Shown: positions 9,286 to 18,490 of the stretch, in pieces
Position numbering within the stretch: the stretch's first letter is position 1
How the letters are laid out: each line of letters begins with the position of its first letter
The notes under the pieces: model-generated
What the model was told of the DNA's origin: nothing
The model's input: the letters and a program-made list of their open reading frames with translations, nothing else
The model's database searches: none
From: a bacterium
GTDB taxonomy: Bacteria > Armatimonadota > JACIXR01
Length of the DNA: 64,000 bases
Direction of reading: 5' to 3'
Assembly: GCA_014360495.1 (NCBI GenBank)
Contig: JACIXR010000004.1
Coordinates: 67,983-131,982, forward strand
Translations under genes and position numbers: made by a program

Positions 9286-9650
9286 CTACCTATAGCCGTG
9301 ACAAGTGGGGCAGGCGCCATAGGGGGAGTTGAAGGAAAACTTTTTCGGCTCCAGTTCGCCCATACTGAATCCGCAAATCGGACAGGCGAATTCCTCTGAG
9401 AAATAGAGCTCTTCCCCGTCCATCACGCTAACTATCACCTGTCCCTTGCCCATCTTCAAAGCCGTCTCAAGGGAATCGGTTAATCTTCCCTTTATCCCTT
9501 CCCTCAAGACTATCCTGTCAACAATCACCTCAATGTGATGGATTTTGTATTTATCAAGTAGGGGGGATTTCCTCCTCGGCGAGATTTAGCATCTGCCAAT
9601 CTACCCTTGTGTTGCCTTGCGCCTCTGATGATAATCTTGTCCTGGGGCAT
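9286..9650 (-). pseudogene. uvrA: uvrA relic (excinuclease ABC subunit A). About 14 N-terminal codons are fused by frameshift and deletion to a segment around residues 225-300. The rest of the roughly 940-aa protein is absent
   Basis: On the minus strand from 9650 the sequence reads MPQDKIIIRGARQH, which is the UvrA N-terminus (M-DKIIVRGAREHNLKN). The frame is then lost. The ORF 9286-9528 encodes DRIVLREGIKGRLTDSLETAL...FACPICGFSMGELEPKKFSFNSPYGACPTCHG, which matches the UvrA zinc-finger region (FACPICGYS...LFSFNNPAGACPTCDGLG). It terminates immediately before the 22-bp element. Confidence 0.6.
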
Positions 9651-9894
9651 GGGTTCTCTTTAAATTGATTTTAGCGAAGGGAAGATAAAAGTCAAGATAG
9701 TGGTAATTCCTCGTAGAGGGAGAAGATATTCTCATGGCTTTCAAGAAGGCGTTGTAGTAATGGGGTTTCGTTGTCATAGCGTGGGTTGAGTTTTTTGTCT
9801 TTGGGAGCGGTAGCGAAGAAATGATAGAAAGGTGGACAAGAAGAGATTGCCACGGGCTCCCTACAGGAGCCCTCGCAATGAGGGGTAGTATATT

Positions 9895-10443
9895 CTACTT
9901 GTCGGTTTCCTCTTCCTTTTCCGAGCCTCGTTTAGCGAAAGTATAGGCTTCCATTGCGAAAGCGAAGTTTAGAAATCCCCAGAGGAGGAAGAACCAGGGG
10001 ATTTTGAAGGCGAAGGGGATGATAACGAAGATTGCGCCAAGCACTATTCCAGCGATTCCTTTTGATGTATCGCCGTTATACAACTGCCCCAAGCCCGCGA
10101 ACACAAGGGAAAGTAGCCCGGCGATTAAAGGGAATCTTTTCACGGGAGGAAGGTTCAAATCAAATTTTCCCGCTTCCTCGTTTATTTTCAAAACCGTTCT
10201 CGCCAACTTCTTCTCCACTTCTCCCGCGGAGGGATTCTTCTCCAAAGCCTTTTTATAAAATGATAGAGCTTCTTGCAAATCGCCTTGCATTGATTTTATA
10301 TCCCCCATTAACTCCAGAGCGGATGGGTCTTCAGGCTCCTCATTCAGTATCTGTTGGCAGGTGGAGATGGCTTTTTTAATCTCGCCTCTTTTTAGATAAA
10401 GAAGAGCGAAGCGCAGAAGCTTTTCCTTTTCCTCCTCATTCAT
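9895..10443 (-). CDS. TPR-repeat protein with a C-terminal TM2-like double transmembrane domain
   Basis: The N-terminus has TPR-like helices (KAISTCQQILNEEPEDPSALELMGD...ALSFYKKALEKNP). The C-terminus has GLGQLYNGDTSKGIAGIVLGAI plus a second helix. Confidence 0.55.
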   Translation of the reverse strand: MNEEEKEKLLRFALLYLKRGEIKKAISTCQQILNEEPEDPSALELMGDIKSMQGDLQEALSFYKKALEKNPSAGEVEKKLARTVLKINEEAGKFDLNLPPVKRFPLIAGLLSLVFAGLGQLYNGDTSKGIAGIVLGAIFVIIPFAFKIPWFFLLWGFLNFAFAMEAYTFAKRGSEKEEETDK

Positions 10444-10729
10444 ACCAGATTTCCTCCAATTTATAATATTCCCTCGCCTCAGGGGAGAAAATATGCACTA
10501 TCACATCGCCGCAATCTATTAGAGACCATTTCAAGGCATCTATTCCTTCAATTGAAATTGGAGGGGTGCCGCTTTTCTCAAGGCTTTCCTCCACCGCTTC
10601 TATCAAGGCTCTTGCGTGAGTATCAGATGTAGCAGAGCAAATCACGAAGTAATCCGCAATCACCGTCTTATCCCTGGTTCTGATAACGACTACATCCTCC
10701 GCCTTCTTTTTCTCTAAAATCCTTGCCAA
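10436..10729 (-). CDS. rsfS: Ribosome silencing factor RsfS (Iojap family)
   Basis: DYFVICSATSDTHARAL and VIVHIFSPEAREYYKLEEIW match the RsfS signature. It starts at TTG, and a stop codon lies immediately upstream in frame. Confidence 0.8.
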   Translation of the reverse strand: MARILEKKKAEDVVVIRTRDKTVIADYFVICSATSDTHARALIEAVEESLEKSGTPPISIEGIDALKWSLIDCGDVIVHIFSPEAREYYKLEEIWYE

Positions 10730-10840
10730 TAAACCCGCTTTACCCTTTGGGGTTTTTGGTTTCTTGGAATTCTTCTTTTCCTCCAGTTATTCTCCTCCTT
10801 TCTTTTTGGTTTTATTTAAAAAAATTCTATAAAAAACACC

Positions 10841-12001
10841 TCAAGGGGTAAAGTCCTTTCCTAATATAACCGTGAAATCCGCCTTCCCTGGGTTGCCATT
10901 CTTTTTGATTTCACCACAACCCAGGGTTTCCTTTAAAACCCTCGTTGATTCATTTAAGCCATCGGTATGAACCATAATGACAGTTTTATTATGGGAGAAG
11001 CTCTCCGCATTTCCTATATAAACCACGCTGAAGCCGAGCTCTGAGAGCTTTTGCGCCGCTTTAGAAGCTGCTCCGGGAATCCCTCCCCCGTTGAGAACCT
11101 CAACCGTCGGTCCGCTTTCCTGCACGCTGGGATTCAATATCCTCTGGGCTATAAATTGTAAGTCATCAGTATCTGGTTCGTAATAACTAACACCATTTAT
11201 AGTCATTGGTCTTCCCGGCAAAACGGCGGTTTCCACGATGGGCAATTCTTTTCCATATTTCTTGGCGAGAAACAAGAGGTCTGAGAGCGTGAAATTGGTC
11301 TCCACATTTTTGTAAATTTCTTTTAAAAGGAAGGGAAGGCGAGGAAGGACGGCGGGGGAGCGAATTTTGTTCAAGAGCGCGAGGATGAATCTCTGTTGTC
11401 TCTTTATCCTCGCTAAATCGCCGAGGGATTCGTGCCTGAATCTAACGAATCCCATCGCTTGATAACCATTAAGATGCTGATAACCCTTCTTTAAGTTTAT
11501 ATACAAATGTTGCGTGTCGTCTTTATAATGCATATCTCTATCAACATAGATATCTATTCCGCCAAGGGCATCCACTATCTTCTGGAAGCCCTCTACTTTA
11601 ACTTTGACATAATAATCTATGGGAATGCCCAGTAGATTGCTTATCGCTTCTTTCGTAGCCTCTATTCCACTGATAACAATCGCCGAGTTTATTTTATCTT
11701 CTCTTCCCGCCGCCGGAATATATACTCTTGTATCTCTGGGGATGGAGAGAATGAAGCCTTTATTGCTCGCCAAATCCAACGAGCCGACGATTATCGTATC
11801 GCTTCTTCCCTCTCCTTTGGGCATATTTATTCCTTGGTCTTGTCCCACTATGAGGACGGTTATCCTTCCCTGTGGGGAAAAAGAGGTGTTAAGCATGGGG
11901 AGAGGACGTTCGCTTCTGCCGTAGTAATATCCGGCGTAGAAGCTTGCTGGCATCAAAACGAGAACGACTATTCCTATTAGCAGCAACTTCCGCAAATTCA
12001 T
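10841..12001 (-). CDS. LytR-CpsA-Psr (LCP) family cell-envelope polymer transferase with a C-terminal LytR_C domain
   Basis: It has an N-terminal TM anchor. The LCP core has RITVLIVGQDQG, GRSDTIIVGSLD and SIPRDTRVYIP, and the C-terminal domain has EVLNGGGIPGAASKAAQKL. Confidence 0.8.
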   Translation of the reverse strand: MNLRKLLLIGIVVLVLMPASFYAGYYYGRSERPLPMLNTSFSPQGRITVLIVGQDQGINMPKGEGRSDTIIVGSLDLASNKGFILSIPRDTRVYIPAAGREDKINSAIVISGIEATKEAISNLLGIPIDYYVKVKVEGFQKIVDALGGIDIYVDRDMHYKDDTQHLYINLKKGYQHLNGYQAMGFVRFRHESLGDLARIKRQQRFILALLNKIRSPAVLPRLPFLLKEIYKNVETNFTLSDLLFLAKKYGKELPIVETAVLPGRPMTINGVSYYEPDTDDLQFIAQRILNPSVQESGPTVEVLNGGGIPGAASKAAQKLSELGFSVVYIGNAESFSHNKTVIMVHTDGLNESTRVLKETLGCGEIKKNGNPGKADFTVILGKDFTP

Positions 12002-12657
12002 CTTCCTCCTGTGTACAGATTGTGTTTGTAGATGTAGTTTTCAACTGTGTCCAAGACGAGATATTTTATCGGCTTGCCCTCCTTGACACGCCTGCGTATC
12101 TCGGTTGAAGAGATATTGATTTCCGTAATCTTGAGGAATTCAATGGAGTTATTGTTGATGGGGCGGAGCTTTTCCTTTACTTTCTCAATATCGTAGCCCG
12201 GGCGGGTCACGGCGATGAACTTGCAAAGCTGGAGGATTTCCCTTCCTTGTTTCCATGAAAGAATTTCCGCGATGGCATCAGCTCCCGTTATGAAATATAT
12301 CTCCGCTCCGGGATAGAGTTTGCGGAATTCCTTCACGGTATCAATGGCGTATGAGGGACCGCCCCGTTCTATTTCTATTCTTGATACCTCAAAATAGGGA
12401 TTGGTATAGATGGAGAGGAGAACCATAGCGTAGCGATGTTCGGGATTGGTTACGGGGACATCGGGTTTATGGGGAGGTTGGTAATTGGGGACGAAGATGA
12501 CCTTATCCAAGCCGAAGACGGCTCTCGCCTCCTCAGCGGCGACGAGATGACCTATATGAATGGGGTCAAAGGTTCCTCCCATTATTCCGATTTTCATATT
12601 ACTATAATTATCTCTTAGTTTGACTTTATCGTCAATATCGTATGTTTCCAAATTCAT
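11998..12657 (-). CDS. nadD: Nicotinate-nucleotide adenylyltransferase
   Basis: GIMGGTFDPIHIGHL and VIFVPNYQPPHK are present. The true start is probably the internal Met (MKIGIMGG), about 20 codons into the track ORF. Confidence 0.85.
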   Translation of the reverse strand: MNLETYDIDDKVKLRDNYSNMKIGIMGGTFDPIHIGHLVAAEEARAVFGLDKVIFVPNYQPPHKPDVPVTNPEHRYAMVLLSIYTNPYFEVSRIEIERGGPSYAIDTVKEFRKLYPGAEIYFITGADAIAEILSWKQGREILQLCKFIAVTRPGYDIEKVKEKLRPINNNSIEFLKITEINISSTEIRRRVKEGKPIKYLVLDTVENYIYKHNLYTGGR

Positions 12658-12705
12658 TGCTAAGAAGAAGATTCCTCCTTTATTGAAGTTAGGTTAAAAA
12701 ATTTG

Positions 12706-12733
12706 TTGACAAAATCACAAGTTGTGCTATAAA
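12706..12733 (+). promoter_or_regulatory. Sigma70-type promoter of the trp operon: TTGACA, a 16-nt spacer, then TATAAA(T)
   Basis: TTGACAaaatcacaagttgtgcTATAAAT lies 14 nt upstream of the leader ATG. Both hexamers are consensus or near-consensus. Confidence 0.55.
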
Positions 12734-12747
12734 TTAAGTAAATAAAA

Positions 12748-12822
12748 ATGAGTACCCCCTTCGTTGTTGCTATTATTTGGCAGTGGCAATGGACGAAGGG
12801 GGCGTATCCGCAGGCTGAATAA
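12748..12822 (+). CDS. trpL: trp operon leader peptide (24 aa) with three Trp codons within five residues
   Basis: The manual translation is ATG AGT ACC CCC TTC GTT GTT GCT ATT ATT TGG CAG TGG CAA TGG ACG AAG GGG GCG TAT CCG CAG GCT GAA TAA, giving MSTPFVVAIIWQWQWTKGAYPQAE*. It is too short to appear in the ORF track, and its ribosome-binding site is weak and AT-rich. Confidence 0.6.
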   Translation: MSTPFVVAIIWQWQWTKGAYPQAE

Positions 12823-12828
12823 AATTTT

Positions 12829-12872
12829 TCAGCCACGGGTATGCCCCCCAAGCGGGCATTACCCGTGGCTGA
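12829..12872 (+). promoter_or_regulatory. Attenuator hairpin. TCAGCCACGGGTATGCCC pairs with GGGCATTACCCGTGGCTGA (about 18 bp). Its 3' arm can alternatively pair with the 5' arm of the terminator, acting as an antiterminator
   Basis: It starts 7 nt after the leader stop codon. ACCCGTGGCT (12861-12870) is complementary to AAGCCACGGGT (12908-12918). A further 10-bp pairing, CCCCCTTCGT (12755-12764) with ACGAAGGGGG (12793-12802), brackets the Trp codons. Confidence 0.55.
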
Positions 12873-12907
12873 ACGGGTAGCCCTCCTTAATTCCCCCCAA
12901 CCTTAAT

Positions 12908-12943
12908 AAGCCACGGGTAATAAAGCCCGTGGCTTATTTTTTT
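12908..12943 (+). terminator. Rho-independent attenuator/terminator upstream of trpE: AAGCCACGGG-taataaag-CCCGTGGCTT, then ATTTTTTT
   Basis: It is a perfect 10-bp GC-rich stem followed by a run of seven T, located between the leader peptide and the trpE ribosome-binding site (AAGGAGGTG). Confidence 0.65.
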
Positions 12944-12958
12944 AAGGAGGTGACTACA

Positions 12959-14395
12959 TTGGAGCCTGCGAAAAACGAGTTTAAAAAATTGGCAAAACAG
13001 TTTGAGTTAATCCCTGTATGGGATTCCTTCCTCTATGACGAGGAAACGCCGATTTCCCTGTTCAGGAAGTTAGCGGGAAAAGAAAGATATGCATTCCTCT
13101 TGGAGAGCGCCGAAAGGGGTGAGGTGCTGGGAAGATATTCCTTCATAGGCTATAAACCGACCTTTGTCTGGGAGACAAGGAACGGAGAAGACCCTCTGAA
13201 GCCCCTGCGTCAACATGTTCTCTCCAAGAAATCTCCCTTAATAGAAGGCTTGCCTCCTTTTCTCGGTGGTGCAGTTGGATTCATAGGGTATGACGCGATA
13301 AGAATCTGGGAGAGATTGCCGAGTTGGGGGATTGATGACCTCCGCCTACCGACCTCAATTATGATGCTCTTCCATACCGTTCTCATAATAGACCATCTTA
13401 AGAGGGACCTGACAATCGTCAGGATGGTTGAGGTGGAGGATGATGCTGATTCAGCTTATAACCGAGCGAGGGACAGCATAGATGAGCTTAAAAGGATGTT
13501 GTTGAGTCAGGGAAGGAATTCCAATGGAGTTGTCTTGGAAAGGGGGAAAAGAACTATGGGAGAAATAGAAACGAGCATAAGCGATGAGGAATTCATAAAG
13601 GCGGTTGAGCGGGCAAAGGGCTATATTGAGGCAGGTGATATATTCCAAGTCGTTCTCTCGCGTCGTTTCGCCCTTCCCTTTGAGGGAAATCCCTTTGATG
13701 TCTATCGCATACTCCACAGCATAAATCCTTCCCCTTATATGTTCTATTTAAAGATGGGGGATTTGGAGTTGGTGGGTTCCTCTCCGGAGGTAATGGTGAG
13801 GGTACAGAATGGGGTTGTGACGCAGAGGCCGATAGCGGGAACGAGACCGAGGGGAAGGACGCCTGAGGAGGATAAGCGGTTAGAGAGCGAGCTTCTCGCT
13901 GATGAGAAGGAGAGGGCGGAGCATCTAATGCTCGTTGACCTCGCAAGGAACGATGTAGGCAAAGTCTGCGAGTATGGGAGCGTTGTTGTGCCTCGTTTTA
14001 TGGTGATTGAACGCTATTCCCATGTTATGCATATCGTTTCCTATGTTGAGGGGAAGTTGAGGGAGGATAAGGACGCTTTGGATGCTCTCCAAGCTTCCTT
14101 TCCCGCCGGCACTGTTTCGGGAGCGCCCAAGGTAAGGGCTATGGAGATAATTGAGGAATTGGAGCCAGTGAGAAGGGGACCATATTCAGGCGTTGTGGGT
14201 TATCTCAGCTTCAACGGCAATTTGGATACCTGCATAACAATCAGGACGGCGGTTTTCCATAGAGGGAAGGTTTATGTGCAGGCGGGAGCGGGCATCGTGG
14301 CTGATTCCAATCCCCAGAGGGAACTTCTGGAAATAGAGAATAAGGCAAAGGCATTGATAAAGGCGATAGAAAAGTATCAGGAGGGAGAGCTATGA
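12959..14395 (+). CDS. trpE: Anthranilate synthase component I
   Basis: The motifs [49 protein letters not shown] and CITIRT are present. The likely start is TTG at 12959, 6 nt after the AAGGAGGTG ribosome-binding site. The track's GTG at 12929 lies inside the terminator stem. Confidence 0.9.
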   Translation: MEPAKNEFKKLAKQFELIPVWDSFLYDEETPISLFRKLAGKERYAFLLESAERGEVLGRYSFIGYKPTFVWETRNGEDPLKPLRQHVLSKKSPLIEGLPPFLGGAVGFIGYDAIRIWERLPSWGIDDLRLPTSIMMLFHTVLIIDHLKRDLTIVRMVEVEDDADSAYNRARDSIDELKRMLLSQGRNSNGVVLERGKRTMGEIETSISDEEFIKAVERAKGYIEAGDIFQVVLSRRFALPFEGNPFDVYRILHSINPSPYMFYLKMGDLELVGSSPEVMVRVQNGVVTQRPIAGTRPRGRTPEEDKRLESELLADEKERAEHLMLVDLARNDVGKVCEYGSVVVPRFMVIERYSHVMHIVSYVEGKLREDKDALDALQASFPAGTVSGAPKVRAMEIIEELEPVRRGPYSGVVGYLSFNGNLDTCITIRTAVFHRGKVYVQAGAGIVADSNPQRELLEIENKAKALIKAIEKYQEGEL

Positions 14396-14961
14396 GGATA
14401 CTGCTGATAGATAATTACGATTCCTTTGTTTATAACTTGGCACAGTATCTGGGAGAGTTGGGATGCGAGCTGGTTGTTTTCCGCAACGACCAAATATCGC
14501 TGGATGATGTAGGGGAATTGAAACCAGAGGCAATAGTGATATCGCCTGGTCCGGGAAGACCTGAAGATGCCGGCATCTGCGTTGAGGTGATAAGACGCTA
14601 CGGGGGAAGGATTCCCATCTTCGGCGTTTGTTTGGGTCATCAGGCGATTGGCTACGCCTTTGGAGGGGATATCGTGAAGGCGAGGAAACTGATGCACGGG
14701 AAGGTCTCTCTCATTCACCACAATGGAAAAAGCGTTTTCAGCGGTATTCCTTCTCCCTTTTTCGCCACTCGCTATCATTCCTTGGCGATTAAAAGGGAAA
14801 GCCTCCCATCTTGTTTGGAGCTCCTCGCTTGGACTGATGATGGAGAGGTGATGGCGGTAAAACACAAGGATTTCTACATCGTGGGGGTGCAATTTCACCC
14901 TGAATCAATAGCAACTCAATATGGCAAGGAAATTTTGAAAAACTTTTTGGAAAGGAGGTAA
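14392..14961 (+). CDS. trpG: Anthranilate synthase component II (glutamine amidotransferase)
   Basis: It has [26 protein letters not shown] and GVQFHPES (a class I GATase catalytic triad). Its start overlaps the trpE stop in an ATGA arrangement. Confidence 0.9.
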   Translation: MRILLIDNYDSFVYNLAQYLGELGCELVVFRNDQISLDDVGELKPEAIVISPGPGRPEDAGICVEVIRRYGGRIPIFGVCLGHQAIGYAFGGDIVKARKLMHGKVSLIHHNGKSVFSGIPSPFFATRYHSLAIKRESLPSCLELLAWTDDGEVMAVKHKDFYIVGVQFHPESIATQYGKEILKNFLERR

Positions 14962-14966
14962 GAAAA

Positions 14967-15995
14967 ATGAAACATGTTTTGGAAAAGCTTTTGGATAAGC
15001 GGAATCTCGCTATGGAGGAGGCTTATGGGGTAATGAGCGATATAATGGAGGGGAAGACGACACCAGCGCAAATCGGGGCGTTTCTCATTGCTTTGCGGTT
15101 GAAGGGCGAAACTGTTGATGAGGTATCGGGCTTCGCTCAGGCGATGAGGGATAAGGCATTGAGATTGGAGTATCCAGGAAATCTGTTGGATACCTGTGGA
15201 ACTGGCGGAGACGGGATGGGAACTATAAACATATCAACTCTCTCCGCTTTCGTCGTAGCTGGTGCGGGAGTGAAGGTGGCTAAGCACGGAAACCGTTCCG
15301 TATCCTCGCTCTGTGGCAGCGCCGATTTGCTGGAGGGGTTGGGCGTTAAAATTGATATTCCTCCCTCTACGGCGAAGAGATGTTTGGATGAGTGCAATTT
15401 CTCATTTCTCTTCGCTCCCCTTTATCATCCTGCTATGCGCTATGCAGCTGGTGCGCGGAAAGAGATTGGGGTTAGAACGGTTTTCAACATCCTTGGTCCC
15501 TTGACGAATCCCGCAAGGGTGAAAAGACAATTGCTTGGAGTGTTTTCCCCCTCTCTGACATCCTTTATCGCCTCTGTATTGGGAAGGTTGGGGGTGGAAA
15601 GGGCTATGGTTGTGAGTAGTTTGGACGGAATGGATGAAATCTCCGTTTCTGCACCTACGAAAGTGAGCGAGCTAAGGGATGGGACGATTTTGGAATATAC
15701 GATAGAGCCTGAGAGGCTTGGTGTTAGAAACCATCCCTTGGAGGAACTAAAGGTTAAAAGCAAGGAGGAAAGCGTAAGGATAGCGGAGGAGATATTAGCT
15801 GGCGAGAGAGAAGGGGCGGTTATGGATGCTGTGCTTATCAATTCGGCTGCCGCTTTAATCGTTGCGGGAATGGCTGATGATTTAAAGGGGGGAATGGAGA
15901 TAGCGAGGGAGTCCATTAGGATGGGATTAGCGATGAGAGTATTGGAAACTCTGCGGAGAATAAGCGAGGAGGAAAAGAGAAATGGGAATCCTTGA
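14967..15995 (+). CDS. trpD: Anthranilate phosphoribosyltransferase
   Basis: It has GTGGDG, NISTLSAFVVAGAGVKVAKHGNRSVSS and FNILGPLTNPA. Confidence 0.9.
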   Translation: MKHVLEKLLDKRNLAMEEAYGVMSDIMEGKTTPAQIGAFLIALRLKGETVDEVSGFAQAMRDKALRLEYPGNLLDTCGTGGDGMGTINISTLSAFVVAGAGVKVAKHGNRSVSSLCGSADLLEGLGVKIDIPPSTAKRCLDECNFSFLFAPLYHPAMRYAAGARKEIGVRTVFNILGPLTNPARVKRQLLGVFSPSLTSFIASVLGRLGVERAMVVSSLDGMDEISVSAPTKVSELRDGTILEYTIEPERLGVRNHPLEELKVKSKEESVRIAEEILAGEREGAVMDAVLINSAAALIVAGMADDLKGGMEIARESIRMGLAMRVLETLRRISEEEKRNGNP

Positions 15996-16746
15996 GGACA
16001 TAATCTCGGCAAAGAGAGAGGAGATAAAATTTCTTAAGTCCGTTCCAATTTCCTTCCCCTCTTTCGTCCTTCCCAGGCGAGATTTTAAATTAGCCCTCCA
16101 ATCAGATGAAATTTCTATAATCGGGGAATTGAAGAAGTGCTCTCCATCGGCGGGAATTATAAGGGAGGATTTCGTTCCCGAGATTTTGGCCAAGGAGATG
16201 GAGGAAGGAGGGGCAAAGGCTTTATCGGTTTTAACGGATAATAAATTTTTCTGTGGTTCTCTTGGTTACATCCCTGGTGTCAAGCTCAAGACGAATTTGC
16301 CGATAGTAATGAAGGATTTCGTGATTGACGAATTTCAGATAGAGCTCGCTCACAAATTGGGAGCGGATGCAGTTCTTTTAATTGCTCGCTGTTTGAAGAG
16401 AGAAGAGGTTAAGAGGTTTTTGGAAATCTCAAGAAGATACGGAATGCATTGCTTGGTTGAGATTTTTGACGAGGAGGATTGGGAGAAGATTAAAGGATTG
16501 CCTTTAGAGATAGTGGGGATAAACAGCAGGGATTTGAGAAGCTTCAATGTTAATTTTGAAAGGATTATTCAGCTTAAAGATTTGCTACCCAAGGATATTC
16601 TGATTGTGGCGGAGAGTGGAGTTAGAGAGAGGGAGCAAATTGAGAGGTTGAGGGAAGCGGGGGTAAAAGCGGTTTTAATTGGGGAGGCATTGATGAGGGC
16701 TAAGGATGTTAAGGCTAAGTTAAGGGAGCTGATGGGAGAATGTTGA
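15982..16746 (+). CDS. trpC: Indole-3-glycerol-phosphate synthase
   Basis: It has IGELKKCSPSAG, KDFVIDEFQI and VVGINSRDL. Confidence 0.9.
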   Translation: MGILEDIISAKREEIKFLKSVPISFPSFVLPRRDFKLALQSDEISIIGELKKCSPSAGIIREDFVPEILAKEMEEGGAKALSVLTDNKFFCGSLGYIPGVKLKTNLPIVMKDFVIDEFQIELAHKLGADAVLLIARCLKREEVKRFLEISRRYGMHCLVEIFDEEDWEKIKGLPLEIVGINSRDLRSFNVNFERIIQLKDLLPKDILIVAESGVREREQIERLREAGVKAVLIGEALMRAKDVKAKLRELMGEC

Positions 16747-17333
16747 GGGTTAAAATTTGCGGGATAACGAATTTGGAGGATGCGCTTATGGCTGTGGAGT
16801 TGGGAGCAGATGCACTGGGTTTCATATTCGCCGATTCTCCAAGGAGAATTGATAGGGAGAAAGCGAGGAAAATCATTTCAAAGTTGCCGCCTTTTATAAC
16901 AGCTGTTGGCGTCTTTGTGAATGAGAGAAGGGAGTTAGTGGAGGAAATAGCTAATGAATGTGGGTTGGACGCGCTGCAATTTCACGGTGAGGAAACTCCC
17001 GATTATTGTAGTCAATTCAGGAAGAAAGTTATAAAGGCTTTTAAGATTAGGACAAAAGATGACTTGGAGAGATTGAGATATTACGATGTGTCCGCATATC
17101 TTTTGGATAGTTCGGTGAGGGGCACTTCTTTTAATTGGGACTTACTGATTGGCTTTCGTTCGGAGAAGCCAATCATTTTGGCTGGCGGATTGAATCCAGA
17201 TAATATAAGCTCCGCTTTGAGCAAATTCCTTCCCTATGGTATTGATGTATCAAGCGGAGTTGAGGAATATCCTGGTAAGAAGGATAGAGAGAAATTGAAG
17301 AAGTTTATGGAGGTGATAAAGAAATGGCGATAA
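16740..17333 (+). CDS. trpF: Phosphoribosylanthranilate isomerase
   Basis: It has [21 protein letters not shown] and [10 protein letters not shown]. Confidence 0.85.
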   Translation: MLRVKICGITNLEDALMAVELGADALGFIFADSPRRIDREKARKIISKLPPFITAVGVFVNERRELVEEIANECGLDALQFHGEETPDYCSQFRKKVIKAFKIRTKDDLERLRYYDVSAYLLDSSVRGTSFNWDLLIGFRSEKPIILAGGLNPDNISSALSKFLPYGIDVSSGVEEYPGKKDREKLKKFMEVIKKWR

Positions 17334-18490
17334 AGGGCTATTTCGGAGAATTTGGAGGGAGATTTGTCCCCGAGACCCTCGTTCCCGCTCTTGAAGAGTT
17401 GGAAAATGCCTACGAGAGGCTAAGGAATTCAAGCGAATTCAAAGCCAAACTCCAGTATTATTTGAGAAACTATGCGGGAAGACCTACTCCCTTGTATTTT
17501 GCTGAGAGGCTTACAAGGGAGCTTGGTGGTGCGAGAATTTATCTAAAGAGGGAGGATTTGCTTCATACCGGTGCCCATAAGATAAACAACGCGATTGGGC
17601 AGGCTCTCTTGGCGATGGAAATGGGGAAAAGAAGGATAATAGCTGAGACGGGGGCTGGTCAGCACGGCGTAGCCACAGCCACCGTATGCGCCCTATTCGG
17701 ACTGGATTGTGTCATCTATATGGGAGAGGAGGATATGAGGAGGCAGAAATTGAATGTCTTTAGGATGAAGCTTCTGGGGGCGGAGGTCGTTCCCGTAAAA
17801 AGCGGCTCAAGGACTCTAAAAGATGCGATAAATGAAGCGCTGAGGGATTGGATAACGAATGTGGATACGACCCATTACCTTCTAGGCTCGGTCGTCGGTC
17901 CTCATCCCTATCCAACGATAGTGAGGGATTTCCAATCCGTGATTGGAGAGGAAACGAGGAGGCAAATCTTGGAGATTGAGGGCAGACTTCCCGATTATCT
18001 CATAGCGTGTGTGGGAGGAGGAAGCAATTCCATAGGTTTTTTCCATCCTTTTTTCAATGATAGAGAGGTTAAGTTCGTAGGGGTGGAAGGCGGTGGAAAT
18101 GAAAGGGGGCATTCGGCTTCCTTGGGGAAGGGTAGGGTAGGGGTTTTGCACGGTAGCAAAACTTATCTACTTCAGGATGAGAAGGGGCAGATAATGACTA
18201 CTCACTCAATTGCGGCGGGATTAGATTATCCCGGCGTTGGTCCCGAGCACGCCTTCTATAAGCAGATAGGGAGGGCTGAATATGTGGCTGTATCGGATAG
18301 TGAAGCTCTTGAGGCTTTTGAGATTTTATCCCGCCTGGAGGGGATAATTCCTGCCCTTGAAAGCGCCCATGCGATTGCATATTGCCTGGAATTAGCCCCC
18401 AAATGCCCAAAGGATAGCGTGATAATCGTCAATCTCTCCGGAAGAGGCGACAAGGATTTGAGCGAGATAATGGAGGTGATGGAGAGATGA
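17324..18490 (+). CDS. trpB: Tryptophan synthase beta subunit
   Basis: It has [16 protein letters not shown] (the PLP lysine) and GGGSNSIG. Confidence 0.95.
   Translation: MAIKGYFGEFGGRFVPETLVPALEELENAYERLRNSSEFKAKLQYYLRNYAGRPTPLYFAERLTRELGGARIYLKREDLLHTGAHKINNAIGQALLAMEMGKRRIIAETGAGQHGVATATVCALFGLDCVIYMGEEDMRRQKLNVFRMKLLGAEVVPVKSGSRTLKDAINEALRDWITNVDTTHYLLGSVVGPHPYPTIVRDFQSVIGEETRRQILEIEGRLPDYLIACVGGGSNSIGFFHPFFNDREVKFVGVEGGGNERGHSASLGKGRVGVLHGSKTYLLQDEKGQIMTTHSIAAGLDYPGVGPEHAFYKQIGRAEYVAVSDSEALEAFEILSRLEGIIPALESAHAIAYCLELAPKCPKDSVIIVNLSGRGDKDLSEIMEVMER

Noticed and set aside
9840-9870. The hairpin GGGCTCC-ctaca-GGAGCCC downstream of the TPR gene was considered as a terminator.
   Set aside because: There is no U-tract after the stem on the minus strand, so I did not call it an intrinsic terminator.
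12740-12950. Considered a T-box riboswitch or a TRAP-binding (GAG/UAG repeat) leader for the trp operon.
   Set aside because: I found no T-box consensus (AATTAGAGTGGTACCGCG-like) and no 11-fold (G/U)AG triplet array. Instead there is a translated leader with tandem Trp codons plus alternative hairpins, which fits ribosome-mediated attenuation.
13593-13946. A Pro/Ser-rich 117-aa antisense ORF, and other ORFs of 60-120 aa, lie inside trpE, trpD, ileS, the GH gene and similar genes (for example 13451-13717, 15440-16012, 24195-24542, 45111-45614).
   Set aside because: They lie entirely antisense to, or out of frame within, well-supported conserved genes. They have no ribosome-binding sites and their composition is typical of shadow ORFs.
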